64,000 bases of DNA, taken from the IMG/VR virus record IMGVR_UViG_3300034358_000008, positions 124,001 through 188,000 of that record; one strand, 5' to 3'. The translations under genes were made by a program, and so were the position numbers. Each line of letters starts with the position of its first letter. The first letter of the stretch is position 1. This document shows positions 55,609 to 64,000 of the stretch, piece by piece. The notes beneath the pieces were generated by a model. The model worked only from the letters and a program-made list of their open reading frames with translations. It was not told where the DNA came from and ran no database searches.

Positions 55609-56945
55609 GCATCAAACACGTCGTCTCCAACCACCCGCACTTCGAATATGCTGTTCGCACTGCTCGTACCTTTCTCGCTTCTGTAGACATGTCCCAGAAC
55701 ATCGGTAAACCATTGGAAGATGTTTTGGTACGTGAGTTGTTGGCTGTCATCGATTCGTCCCCTGTAACAATGCATGCCATCAATATGCAACGTTATCTGG
55801 AAGGCGAGTTTGATTATAAAGGTCAGATTGCCAAACGTGGTACTGAAGGTGTAATCCGACATCTGTTGGATATCGTTGCAGGCCGAAACGTGGTAGCTGC
55901 ACCACATCATGGCATGGGACAATTGAACAATATGTATCAAATATTCAACAGCCCGATGCCTAGCGCAATAACCTTGTTTAACGCGGCTGCCCATCTGATC
56001 ACACGCACCGCCACCGCCGCTGGCATTATGCTTACGCCTGGGCAAGTAGCGCAATACGCCAACCATATTCGTGGTACCGGCGCTACAACTGATGAAGAGT
56101 TCAGTGCCGCTTTCGATAACATCATGCGTCATGAACGCCCACATCCCTTCCTGAACCCAATGATTGAGATGGTTGAATTCAATCGTGTGCGTCAGGAAGT
56201 CAGCCGGCTGCTGGAGATCGCGAGTGCGTACCGCATGCCATTCCAGATCGATACCTACGCTTCTGAGATTACGTACATACATGGACCTAACTTGAGTGAG
56301 CGTGATATCTCACCCATTCTCGATTCCATCTTGTTGCGTGAGTTGCAAGGTCGAGGTGTGTTTGTAATTGATCAGCATCCCACACTGACCGGTGAAGAGT
56401 CCATTGTTGCCAAAAGCCTGCGAGCTAGCTTGGCTAGACAGGGTGAATCCTGGACTATGAAGGATATCGACAAAGCAGCTATTGCCCTCTATCAAGAGGT
56501 TAAAGAAGCTGGGGTAACGTTGACTACTGAGATGGTGTCTGACTACATCGCTCATCAAATTGTGAGCAGTGCTGCCATGAAAGCAAGATCCATCACCACC
56601 GCTTTGAAAGAAGCAGGTGTGGAGAAGTCTACGCGTAATATCGGTGACACCGAAATCTACGTAAAATCCGATTTGAAGATCGCAGCTGAAGAAATGCTTG
56701 ACCCGTGCAACGGTAAAAGTGCTGTACAGTTGGAACAAGCCATCGGTTATCGGATGGATGATCACTATCGCTTTAACCGTAACGACTGGCAATATGTAAT
56801 GGCACGCGAGTATGGCGTGTCCCCTACAGGCAATGTCTTTATGGGTGCATGGGTTATCCGTGAATACCTTACGGGTGAATACATCGACCACGACCGTAAT
56901 CGTCATGACCTCGCTGAGCGTCATGCAATCAAACTGGAGAGTTAA
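55605..56945 (+). CDS. Hypothetical protein (446 aa)
   Basis: ATGA overlap; long ORF co-oriented with the operon. Confidence 0.75.
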   Translation: MSIKHVVSNHPHFEYAVRTARTFLASVDMSQNIGKPLEDVLVRELLAVIDSSPVTMHAINMQRYLEGEFDYKGQIAKRGTEGVIRHLLDIVAGRNVVAAPHHGMGQLNNMYQIFNSPMPSAITLFNAAAHLITRTATAAGIMLTPGQVAQYANHIRGTGATTDEEFSAAFDNIMRHERPHPFLNPMIEMVEFNRVRQEVSRLLEIASAYRMPFQIDTYASEITYIHGPNLSERDISPILDSILLRELQGRGVFVIDQHPTLTGEESIVAKSLRASLARQGESWTMKDIDKAAIALYQEVKEAGVTLTTEMVSDYIAHQIVSSAAMKARSITTALKEAGVEKSTRNIGDTEIYVKSDLKIAAEEMLDPCNGKSAVQLEQAIGYRMDDHYRFNRNDWQYVMAREYGVSPTGNVFMGAWVIREYLTGEYIDHDRNRHDLAERHAIKLES

Positions 56946-56949
56946 ACAA

Positions 56950-57414
56950 ATGTTTCAAATCATCGACAAGACCGGGATGGCTTTGATCGTGGCTATGGTT
57001 CGAGAAATCGACCGTCGTGAGAAAAAGAATCTGCCCTATGGCGACCACATCCGTGCCCTCATGATTTATCTTGAAGGTGCGGTACCAGGCATTGCTCAAC
57101 GGATTCGTGAAGACATCCTCTGGGAACGTTTCCAGATGCGTTACAACGAACCTAACCGTGATCGCCGTCGCCACTATGGGATGGCTTGTCGCGATCTCTT
57201 CGAGCAGCGCATTTTACATGTGCTGTTTGAATTCGGTTATACCGAGTATCAGGAAAACGATTTCGTCATTGAAGTTAAATTCGGGGCAGATAAGAAGTAC
57301 CACGTAATGGTGATCCGCCCTGACCGGACAATGTTGACCTCTGAAGTGTTCAAGTTTCCATGGGACGCTTTCGCTGGTATCGACAATTACGACTCACTCT
57401 TTGAACGCATGTAA
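56950..57414 (+). CDS. Hypothetical protein
   Basis: ATG at 56950 after GGAG. Confidence 0.7.
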   Translation: MFQIIDKTGMALIVAMVREIDRREKKNLPYGDHIRALMIYLEGAVPGIAQRIREDILWERFQMRYNEPNRDRRRHYGMACRDLFEQRILHVLFEFGYTEYQENDFVIEVKFGADKKYHVMVIRPDRTMLTSEVFKFPWDAFAGIDNYDSLFERM

Positions 57415-57424
57415 GGAATACAAA

Positions 57425-57748
57425 ATGATATCTCAAGCCGAGAAGCTGAAAACTGCTATCGCTACTGGCAACAATGAAAAACGTGATGACGGCTTCGGTA
57501 AAGAGTACTACGCTCTTTACGTCGGCCACATGCCTGACGCTATCCTGGAATTCATTTCAGGTAAGATCGATTTGATGTACCCTGACTTGCGGAAGAACTC
57601 CTGGATTAGTATTCCGGGCGTAGCCTTTCGTCTGCTGGACTACAAGCAATCGATTTACGTAGCCAAGGGCGCGTTTCTGTACATCCACAAGGCAAGCTTC
57701 AAACGCCATCTGAAGAAAGCCATCTGCCGTAACCGTAACCCACTGTAA
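57425..57748 (+). CDS. Hypothetical protein
   Basis: ATG at 57425 after AAGGA. Confidence 0.7.
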   Translation: MISQAEKLKTAIATGNNEKRDDGFGKEYYALYVGHMPDAILEFISGKIDLMYPDLRKNSWISIPGVAFRLLDYKQSIYVAKGAFLYIHKASFKRHLKKAICRNRNPL

Positions 57749-57782
57749 TAGAAACCGCTTAAAGGCTATATTACAAAGGTGA
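57749..57782 (+). promoter_or_regulatory. Early promoter TAGAA-N13-TATATTAC-N4-GTGA
   Basis: TATATTAC at 57767-57774. Confidence 0.8.
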
Positions 57783-57830
57783 TATTCAAATGGGTATCAC
57801 CTATTCAAACATACCTAAAGGAGTTTTACC

Positions 57831-58169
57831 GTGTTCGAACTTAACCTGAAAAACCTGATGATCGCCACTGGTGTTGCTGTAGCTGTGACGGCTACTGTCG
57901 CTGGTGTGGTTATGTGGTGTACCAATAGCAAGTGGGATGAGAAGCATGCCGAGAAGGCATACGACTCCATGCTCGACGCTTACCATGCAGCTGTAGCTGA
58001 ATGTCCAGGTGACCACAACAAAGCTAGCTTCGCCTTCGAGCTGGCCGCAAGTGAAATCCGTAAGACCTTCGCCGAGGCTAACTCCAAGTTTGAAGATGAA
58101 CTGAAAGAGTTCCTCGAGCGTTATGACGAACAAGTCAAGCGTTTGAAGAAAGATATCCGCAAGGCCTAA
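57831..58169 (+). CDS. N-terminally anchored membrane protein with coiled-coil tail
   Basis: 112 aa; GTG after AAGGAG. Confidence 0.7.
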   Translation: MFELNLKNLMIATGVAVAVTATVAGVVMWCTNSKWDEKHAEKAYDSMLDAYHAAVAECPGDHNKASFAFELAASEIRKTFAEANSKFEDELKEFLERYDEQVKRLKKDIRKA

Positions 58170-58176
58170 ACCGAGA

Positions 58177-58217
58177 GCCCACTTCCGAAAGGAGGTGGGT
58201 TTCTATCTTTTCTTTTT
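58177..58217 (+). terminator. Intrinsic terminator
   Basis: GCCCACTTCC-GAAA-GGAGGTGGGT followed by a T-rich tail. Confidence 0.75.
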
Positions 58218-58231
58218 AAAGGAGTTTGAAG

Positions 58232-58522
58232 ATGTCCATCGCTAAACTGGAAGACTGGTATACCTCGAGTATGCAGAACGGTGGAGGTATTGATTTGCCT
58301 GCGCATGAAAAACTGATCGAGTTGTTGGACGATCATACCCTGGCCTCTAAGTTCAAGGCTGACGATCGTCTCCCGAATATGATGAAAGATGTTATCGATA
58401 AGGATAACAACTACGCCACCGACTACGAACTGCGTTTGCCTTATAAGCATGCTCTGCGTCGTATCCTCACCATTTGCAAAGAGAACGGTCTGGAAGTCAA
58501 AGCCGATCTGTCTTTCCGTTAA
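58232..58522 (+). CDS. Hypothetical protein
   Basis: ATG at 58232 after AAGGAG. Confidence 0.7.
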   Translation: MSIAKLEDWYTSSMQNGGGIDLPAHEKLIELLDDHTLASKFKADDRLPNMMKDVIDKDNNYATDYELRLPYKHALRRILTICKENGLEVKADLSFR

Positions 58523-58531
58523 GGGGTCATC

Positions 58532-58966
58532 ATGGCAAAGTCTAAAGCTGAGAAACAGGCGGAGGCTCTCGAACGTAAGCGTAATCATTACGTAAGCCAC
58601 CACCTACCGAACTTTATCAATCGTTCTCCGATAGGTGCTCACTGGACGGGTGATCTGGATGACATGCTCACCTTCGTGCAAGATGTCGCTAATCTGCGTC
58701 GTTACGCCGAAGAAGCAAGTATGACTTTGACGGGTAGTCGTACGGCTTGGGAATCTAACAGTCAGTGGTCAGTCAAACAACTGTTCAACGATCTGGTGTT
58801 CGCTGGTACCATCCACCAATTCTGCTACGACTGTAATGAAACCCGTAATAAGGCGCAGCTACCTCGTGTACCTGTAGACCCTATTGATGTATGGGGTCTA
58901 ACATTCCAACGTGTTATGGTACTGGTCGAACATCCGAAAGTAAAAGAATTGCTCAACGCACTTTAA
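58532..58966 (+). CDS. Hypothetical protein
   Basis: 144 aa; SD AAGGGG. Confidence 0.7.
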   Translation: MAKSKAEKQAEALERKRNHYVSHHLPNFINRSPIGAHWTGDLDDMLTFVQDVANLRRYAEEASMTLTGSRTAWESNSQWSVKQLFNDLVFAGTIHQFCYDCNETRNKAQLPRVPVDPIDVWGLTFQRVMVLVEHPKVKELLNAL

Positions 58967-58978
58967 GGAATAGGTTTC

Positions 58979-59218
58979 ATGTCGGAGTATTCGATTGTAG
59001 TAACGGCTCAACACGATGCGGTTGATTACGATTTCTTTCGTAAGGCAGCGGACCGGAACAACTTCATGTTCCAGATCGAACGTAGTGATCCAGAGCAGAA
59101 ACGCCGCACTATGGTAATCACGCCATATCAGGCTACGACTGCGCTCAACCTGTTTGATATGGTCAATGAACTTGATCGTAACGTACCTCTCCTCGTAACT
59201 TACGTTGTTTGTGAATAA
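58979..59218 (+). CDS. Hypothetical protein
   Basis: 79 aa; SD AAGGA. Confidence 0.65.
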   Translation: MSEYSIVVTAQHDAVDYDFFRKAADRNNFMFQIERSDPEQKRRTMVITPYQATTALNLFDMVNELDRNVPLLVTYVVCE

Positions 59219-59229
59219 AGGAATTTACC

Positions 59230-59643
59230 ATGCAAGCTAATTCGATCCTGTTCATCGATACCGTTAACGAACTGCTGGTTGCGATGGACAAAGCAGAACG
59301 CGTCATAAAGGGAATCATGGATTCCCCGGATTTAAGTAAGGTGGTTGCTGAGGTTTCCGACACTAATAATCGCGTTACTGTTCTGGAACCAGCTATCCTG
59401 AACCTGCGCATGAAACAAATCACTGGCATCTGTGCGAACATGGTGTTGATCGGTTACGTACAGGAGAAAGATCCGAAGCGTGAATTGGTTGACTCTGAAG
59501 GCAACAGTTGGTACGAACTGGCTAAAGCACCACAGTTGACTGTGAAAGCAGTTAAGGCTACTCGTGAAGCATTGGATTACCGTCGTATCGATATCCGAGA
59601 TGCTAAGACCATCGTTGAACTCGTACGGGATGGTCTGTTGTGA
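59230..59643 (+). CDS. Hypothetical protein
   Basis: 137 aa; SD AAGGA. Confidence 0.7.
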   Translation: MQANSILFIDTVNELLVAMDKAERVIKGIMDSPDLSKVVAEVSDTNNRVTVLEPAILNLRMKQITGICANMVLIGYVQEKDPKRELVDSEGNSWYELAKAPQLTVKAVKATREALDYRRIDIRDAKTIVELVRDGLL

Positions 59644-59795
59644 TACCTATCCCACCCTTCATGTTACCTTGGCGTCGCAAGACGAAGGGTGAGTTGGCAC
59701 TGGAGAAGAAGCAGGCTATGGCTAATACAATCATGACTGCTCTCGCTAGACACCAACCCAAGAAGAAACGTAAGAAGCGTATTAAAGGAGTTTGA
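59640..59795 (+). CDS. Highly basic microprotein (51 aa, not in ORF track)
   Basis: GTGA overlap; fills the gap between its neighbours; ends PKKKRKKRIKGV. Confidence 0.5.
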   Translation: MIPIPPFMLPWRRKTKGELALEKKQAMANTIMTALARHQPKKKRKKRIKGV

Positions 59796-59797
59796 AT

Positions 59798-60331
59798 ATG
59801 CAATTCGAAAACTTGTCGAAACATTCAGCTCATTACCGTATTGCTAGTTTTACGGCAGACGGGAAAGAGTATTGGGCTGGCGGTAACGATTGGGTTGCCG
59901 ATCCAGAGAAATACGATGTCTCCATCATGGGACATAAACGTGCACTCGAATGGGTGGCCCGTCTCAACAAGCGTGGGATTGATGTTCACCTCGTTCCAGC
60001 GGACATCGGTCTTCAATTGATTAACTGGAAAGGCATTGGTTGGGTTTTCATCAGTGCCTTAACTGGCAGGCCTCATCAGGTTAAGTTCGTTAACTCGCGG
60101 GGTACTGGTTGGTTCATCAAAGACGTTGGAACAATTGAACAAACCCTCTGCATCAACTACAGCAAAGACTACCGCATGGACATCGTCATTCGTGGTGATC
60201 AGATCGGTGAAGTTACGGCGTGGGTTGAAGGTACGGTGATGAACAACTTCGGTAGCTTTACAATCCCAAGCGATTCGAATCTGATTTATCAGTTCGAGAT
60301 TGAGGTTGAACCTATTCCAGAGTTGTCGTAA
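59798..60331 (+). CDS. Hypothetical protein
   Basis: ATG at 59798 after AAGGAG. Confidence 0.7.
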   Translation: MQFENLSKHSAHYRIASFTADGKEYWAGGNDWVADPEKYDVSIMGHKRALEWVARLNKRGIDVHLVPADIGLQLINWKGIGWVFISALTGRPHQVKFVNSRGTGWFIKDVGTIEQTLCINYSKDYRMDIVIRGDQIGEVTAWVEGTVMNNFGSFTIPSDSNLIYQFEIEVEPIPELS

Positions 60332-60333
60332 CA

Positions 60334-60360
60334 ATCCCTCCTTCGGGAGGGTTTTATTTT
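60334..60360 (+). terminator. Intrinsic terminator
   Basis: CCCTCC-TTCG-GGAGGG-TTTTATTTT. Confidence 0.75.
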
Positions 60361-60396
60361 CTGTTGGCTGTACTTTTATTTAACCAAGGAGTTGTT

Positions 60397-60699
60397 ATGA
60401 TCGCTAAGTTACTGGAAGTTCTCGATAGCGTTACACTGGTTTCACCTGTTACCATTCTGCGCCGTGAGTTGGTAACCGTGAACGAACGGGAAGTGTACGT
60501 GGTTTGCTACAACCACAATAACCATTCGTTCTACACTACCGGTCAATACTTCGTGAGTGAAGCTGCATCGAAGGCGTTCTTCGATCTGCACATTCACGTA
60601 GCTGATCTCACCAAAGAACTCGACCCAGCTCAAGCAGCTGAGTACGCTAAATTCAAACCTCTCGATTTACATGGGTTGACTAACCGTCTCCCTAGTTAA
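60397..60699 (+). CDS. Hypothetical protein
   Basis: ATG at 60397 after AAGGAG. Confidence 0.7.
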   Translation: MIAKLLEVLDSVTLVSPVTILRRELVTVNEREVYVVCYNHNNHSFYTTGQYFVSEAASKAFFDLHIHVADLTKELDPAQAAEYAKFKPLDLHGLTNRLPS

Positions 60700-60711
60700 G
60701 GAGTTCAGACC

Positions 60712-61248
60712 GTGACTGACACTGTATTGAAAAATAATAACGTGATCCTCCAGATCATCGCCCAAGTAGCTGATCGCTCCGATGTAATGTCGATGCCTCA
60801 GTTACCGGCGATTCTCAAAGCCATGGCCGATCATGACGAGTGGGTCTACATCAAAGAAGACGAGGAACTGAACCAGCTGATCGCTGAAGCTGAAACTACT
60901 CGTCTCAACTACACCGCTGTCACTGACCTGCGTTGGGCTTACGAGAAAGTGCTGTTACGTTACGTGCACTTGCTCTGTAATCAACGTGGCCTGTTGTTAA
61001 TCTACCGTTGGGATGATCGTAATTCCCTGCTGTTCGGGATGACTATCGAACAAGGTCGTACCGGTCTTAAAGAAATCTACGCTTTGCGTACGGTGAAGAA
61101 CCGGGAAGAAATCCTGAAGTACGAGTACCACGAAGACCTGACCCGTAACGTGTTCGATGCAATCAAGGTCCGCATCCGACATGTTGATGCAGGTATATCG
61201 TGTTTCGGTTGGCCTGAAGCCCATTTCATCACTTTCCCCCAGGAGTAA
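60712..61248 (+). CDS. Hypothetical protein
   Basis: 178 aa; GTG after AAGGAG. Confidence 0.7.
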   Translation: MTDTVLKNNNVILQIIAQVADRSDVMSMPQLPAILKAMADHDEWVYIKEDEELNQLIAEAETTRLNYTAVTDLRWAYEKVLLRYVHLLCNQRGLLLIYRWDDRNSLLFGMTIEQGRTGLKEIYALRTVKNREEILKYEYHEDLTRNVFDAIKVRIRHVDAGISCFGWPEAHFITFPQE

Positions 61249-61252
61249 TACC

Positions 61253-61750
61253 ATGTCTTCCCTTTATAAAGAAGTTTTCACCGACCGCATTCTGGACGTA
61301 ACTGTCTGGCCTGCCGGTATCTTCCGTGATCTGCAACGTGAAACCAATCACGAAGCAACTCGTATCATCGACGCAGCCAAAGCTCGTGGCTTGCCGATCG
61401 CCGGTATCTTGATGTACAAGCGCGAGGACCTCAGCTTTGAATGGTCAGTCAACCTGGACATCGGTATCGAAACGGTTGCAATGTACCGTAAAGGTTTCCC
61501 GATCCCTTTGCTGGTGATTGATAAGAAGCTTCCATGGGCAGGCGCGGACAACCACGCTGAAATGTCGGAGTCCACCAAGCATCACATGACTCAGAACGGG
61601 CCAGGTGCGGTATTCCGCTTTGCAGCTGAAAGCGTGCTGGAGTCGTTGCGTGACATTACTGTACGTTGGCTCAAGACCGATCTGGTTTCTGCTCAGCAGC
61701 ATAATCATGCCTGGGCAGTTAACGCAATGGATCGGAGCGACGTTCAGTGA
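61253..61750 (+). CDS. Hypothetical protein
   Basis: ATG at 61253 after AGGAG. Confidence 0.7.
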   Translation: MSSLYKEVFTDRILDVTVWPAGIFRDLQRETNHEATRIIDAAKARGLPIAGILMYKREDLSFEWSVNLDIGIETVAMYRKGFPIPLLVIDKKLPWAGADNHAEMSESTKHHMTQNGPGAVFRFAAESVLESLRDITVRWLKTDLVSAQQHNHAWAVNAMDRSDVQ

Positions 61751-62037
61751 GTGGGAAGCCGTGGTCTTACCCTGAAAACACCGAGGTGAAACTTTTTATC
61801 TCTCAAGCAGATGACAGCCGTTCATTCGGTTCTCTGTTGAGCGATATCCGGGATCACTTCGGTTCTTCTTCGACACTGGCTGAATTCGATATTGAGTTCA
61901 CTCGTTGGACGCTTGAAGATCCATGTAGCTGCTGTCGGGATTCTGGCGTATACGGTAACTACTGGGAAATCACACGCCGTGATGAACCCTGCGAGTACAC
62001 CGTAAACCATCAGCTGTCAGATCTCTATCGGGAGTAA
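61747..62037 (+). CDS. Hypothetical protein with CSCC motif
   Basis: 96 aa; GTGA overlap. Confidence 0.65.
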   Translation: MSGKPWSYPENTEVKLFISQADDSRSFGSLLSDIRDHFGSSSTLAEFDIEFTRWTLEDPCSCCRDSGVYGNYWEITRRDEPCEYTVNHQLSDLYRE

Positions 62038-62038
62038 C

Positions 62039-62260
62039 ATGGAAATCACCATTGGGGTTGACACCCTTGTTTTAATCGCGGGCTGTATCCTATTCGTAAT
62101 GCTCATCTTGCAATTGATAGGCGCGGCATACATCCACAACGAGCTTCCTAAAGAAAATAAGCCGTTGGGCATTTACTGGGAACTGTTCCTCTGGATCAGT
62201 TTCGGCACTACGACTTTGGGTATCGCGATCTGCGCAGGGCTTCGTACGTATCTGGGCTAG
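62039..62260 (+). CDS. Small two-helix membrane protein
   Basis: 73 aa; SD GGGAG. Confidence 0.65.
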   Translation: MEITIGVDTLVLIAGCILFVMLILQLIGAAYIHNELPKENKPLGIYWELFLWISFGTTTLGIAICAGLRTYLG

Positions 62261-62363
62261 CATGGAAAAACTACCTGTAGGAACTGCAACGCTCTACTGG
62301 GGATTAGCCATCGGTATCATCGGTGGCTATATCTACATTCATTTAATTTAAAGGAGTTTTACA

Positions 62364-62762
62364 ATGTCTCATTTTGGTCTCACTGCTAACCCTAACGAAA
62401 ATCCAGTATCCGCTGGTAAAGTGCGTGAAGCCTGTACAGGTGCGCTTCGCGAACTCGGAGATCGGCTGAAGAATAAAATCGATCAGATCTTGATCACAGG
62501 TGACTTCGCAAAAGATCGCCGTTACTCCTTCCTTAAAGATGATGGAAAAATCAAGCTGACCTTCGATCTGAGTGAGCTGGCTAACGGTGATCGCACTGAG
62601 GCAGAACGTGATACTGGTGAAGGTTACTACCATGTCCCAGATCTGGTTAAAGAGTATCTGGAAGGCTATTACAATGCATTGGGTTGGGGTACTGACTACA
62701 GTCGTCACGTAGGTAACCAGTTCCACTTGACGGTAGGTCCAATCAAAAAGGATCTGGTATGA
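62364..62762 (+). CDS. Hypothetical protein
   Basis: 132 aa; SD AAGGAG. Confidence 0.7.
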   Translation: MSHFGLTANPNENPVSAGKVREACTGALRELGDRLKNKIDQILITGDFAKDRRYSFLKDDGKIKLTFDLSELANGDRTEAERDTGEGYYHVPDLVKEYLEGYYNALGWGTDYSRHVGNQFHLTVGPIKKDLV

Positions 62763-63226
62763 TCAAGCGGTGGTGGAAACAGTTCATCTATAATCGCATG
62801 GCACGTATCATCGAGAAGGCTGCTGCTTCGGCAACATACGAGAAGTATCAGTATCTCTGCCCATCGATTGGCGTTAAGACATCAAATCCGTTAAAACGTA
62901 AGACTATCCGATTCGTCGAAGATAGCCTCCGTGGCTACCCTACGCTCTACAGCACGATTCGTCGAGCACTCAGAGAAGAAGGTTACGACCCCAAAGATCA
63001 CATGTGGTACGTGCATCTGGATTGGCCTGAACGCATGGTAATTCATCGTGCTTACTGGGCTAAGGTCGTAGCTGAACTCCGCAAGGGTAATCCAACGTGG
63101 GGTAAGTATTTCAACACGAAGGAAATCCAAGCCGATCCTCCACATCTGCGTGATCTGTTTGACCCATCCCAACCGGGTACAAAGTCTGATCAGATTCTGG
63201 ATCAATTACGTAAGGATGCAGCTTAA
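62759..63226 (+). CDS. Hypothetical protein
   Basis: 155 aa; ATGA overlap. Confidence 0.7.
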   Translation: MIKRWWKQFIYNRMARIIEKAAASATYEKYQYLCPSIGVKTSNPLKRKTIRFVEDSLRGYPTLYSTIRRALREEGYDPKDHMWYVHLDWPERMVIHRAYWAKVVAELRKGNPTWGKYFNTKEIQADPPHLRDLFDPSQPGTKSDQILDQLRKDAA

Positions 63227-63438
63227 TGAAAATGTTCAGTGGTCCATTTGGTAATTACGCTGCTGGTAGCTACGGCGCCGTCTTGAATGCTCTCTGTGAG
63301 CAGGAAGGTCGGTCCTGTGGTACGGTGGGTAATTATGTCTTTGGTAGCAATGGCAATATCCTTGCTGGTCACGGAAGTGATAAAGTTGTAGCTACCTACG
63401 TCTGGGAAAATGACGAGATCAAATTCACCTGGATGTAA
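63226..63438 (+). CDS. Hypothetical protein
   Basis: 70 aa; TAATG coupling. Confidence 0.65.
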   Translation: MKMFSGPFGNYAAGSYGAVLNALCEQEGRSCGTVGNYVFGSNGNILAGHGSDKVVATYVWENDEIKFTWM

Positions 63439-63650
63439 AACGCGGCATAAAAGAAGAAGCCTAAGGGGGCACTACTCCCCTTAGGCGGACCATGTCTGAC
63501 GATTAGTGGTCGTCTTCTATGGGTTGATCCAATTACCCTCATTTCCAATTGATCCCCTCGTGGGATTAACCAGTCATTCCGGTAACGGAATCAGAACGAT
63601 ACAAACATGTACAATCACTTTACATAACATTAGATCGGGAGTATTCTTTT

Positions 63651-63914
63651 ATGTCTTGCTTGGCTACTTTGGTTATTAACGCTCAGGAGAAAATGGCAGC
63701 GTCTTACAGCGTCATCGTTAAATCGATTGAGGAGGCTATGTTACAGGGCCGTGGTGAATTGATCCTCAATGCAACGTTGGACTACCAACTCGTTAGCGAA
63801 GAATCCATGCATATGCTGACAGCTAATGCCCTCGTGGATAATGGTTTCAAAGTTACCCGTGGTGGTAATAACACATTCATCGTTAGTGGTTGGGATAAAG
63901 TCAAAGTTCATTAA
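63651..63914 (+). CDS. Hypothetical protein
   Basis: 87 aa; SD GGGAG. Confidence 0.65.
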   Translation: MSCLATLVINAQEKMAASYSVIVKSIEEAMLQGRGELILNATLDYQLVSEESMHMLTANALVDNGFKVTRGGNNTFIVSGWDKVKVH

Positions 63915-63917
63915 CGT

Positions 63918-63965
63918 CATAAAGCCCCAGCCGTTAGGCCGGGGCAATATGTTCTATTTTTTTTT
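63918..63965. repeat. CATA-hairpin-TATG intergenic element and terminator
   Basis: CATAAAGCCCCAGCC-GTTA-GGCCGGGGCAATATG followed by a T tract. Confidence 0.8.
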
Positions 63966-64000
63966 GCTTAAGCCTTTTCAGCCTGTTTGAACATCTTCAT

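Noticed and set aside
63439-63650. tRNA gene
   Set aside because: No T-loop GTTCRA and no cloverleaf geometry

Overview
This window comes from a phiKZ-like (nucleus-forming, Chimalliviridae-type) jumbo phage genome, judged from gene content and order. phiKZ gp numbers below are assigned by synteny and remembered motifs, not by database search. 0.3-12.7 kb: nuclear-shell-associated and non-virion RNA polymerase block (ChmC-like, gp68-like specificity subunit, PicA/Imp1-like, beta-C, beta'-C, SF2 helicase). 12.7-14 kb: array of tiny membrane proteins. 14-25 kb: a chaperone-like gene pair, a virion RNAP beta' fragment, and the exonuclease/motif-A half of the split family-B DNA polymerase. 25-50 kb: baseplate, head and inner-body genes with S/A/G-x-E prohead-protease sites. 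50.7-64 kb: accessory early genes behind TATATTAC promoters. Main findings: (1) the polymerase ends in a canonical C-CCA-AAG -1 slippery heptamer; the -1 frame runs, with no start codon of its own, into a NADAR-like domain, which is coupled to an R-S-E ADP-ribosyltransferase; (2) a second candidate -1 frameshift (G-TTT-TTT) joins a 530-aa gene to the next ORF, like tail-assembly chaperone G/GT pairs; (3) an in-frame GIY-YIG/DarG-like macrodomain fusion; (4) a divergent Gp49/66 (Acb4-like) nucleotide-sponge candidate; (5) a family of CATA-hairpin-TATG intergenic elements and an extended early-promoter consensus. I saw no tRNA, rRNA or CRISPR array.
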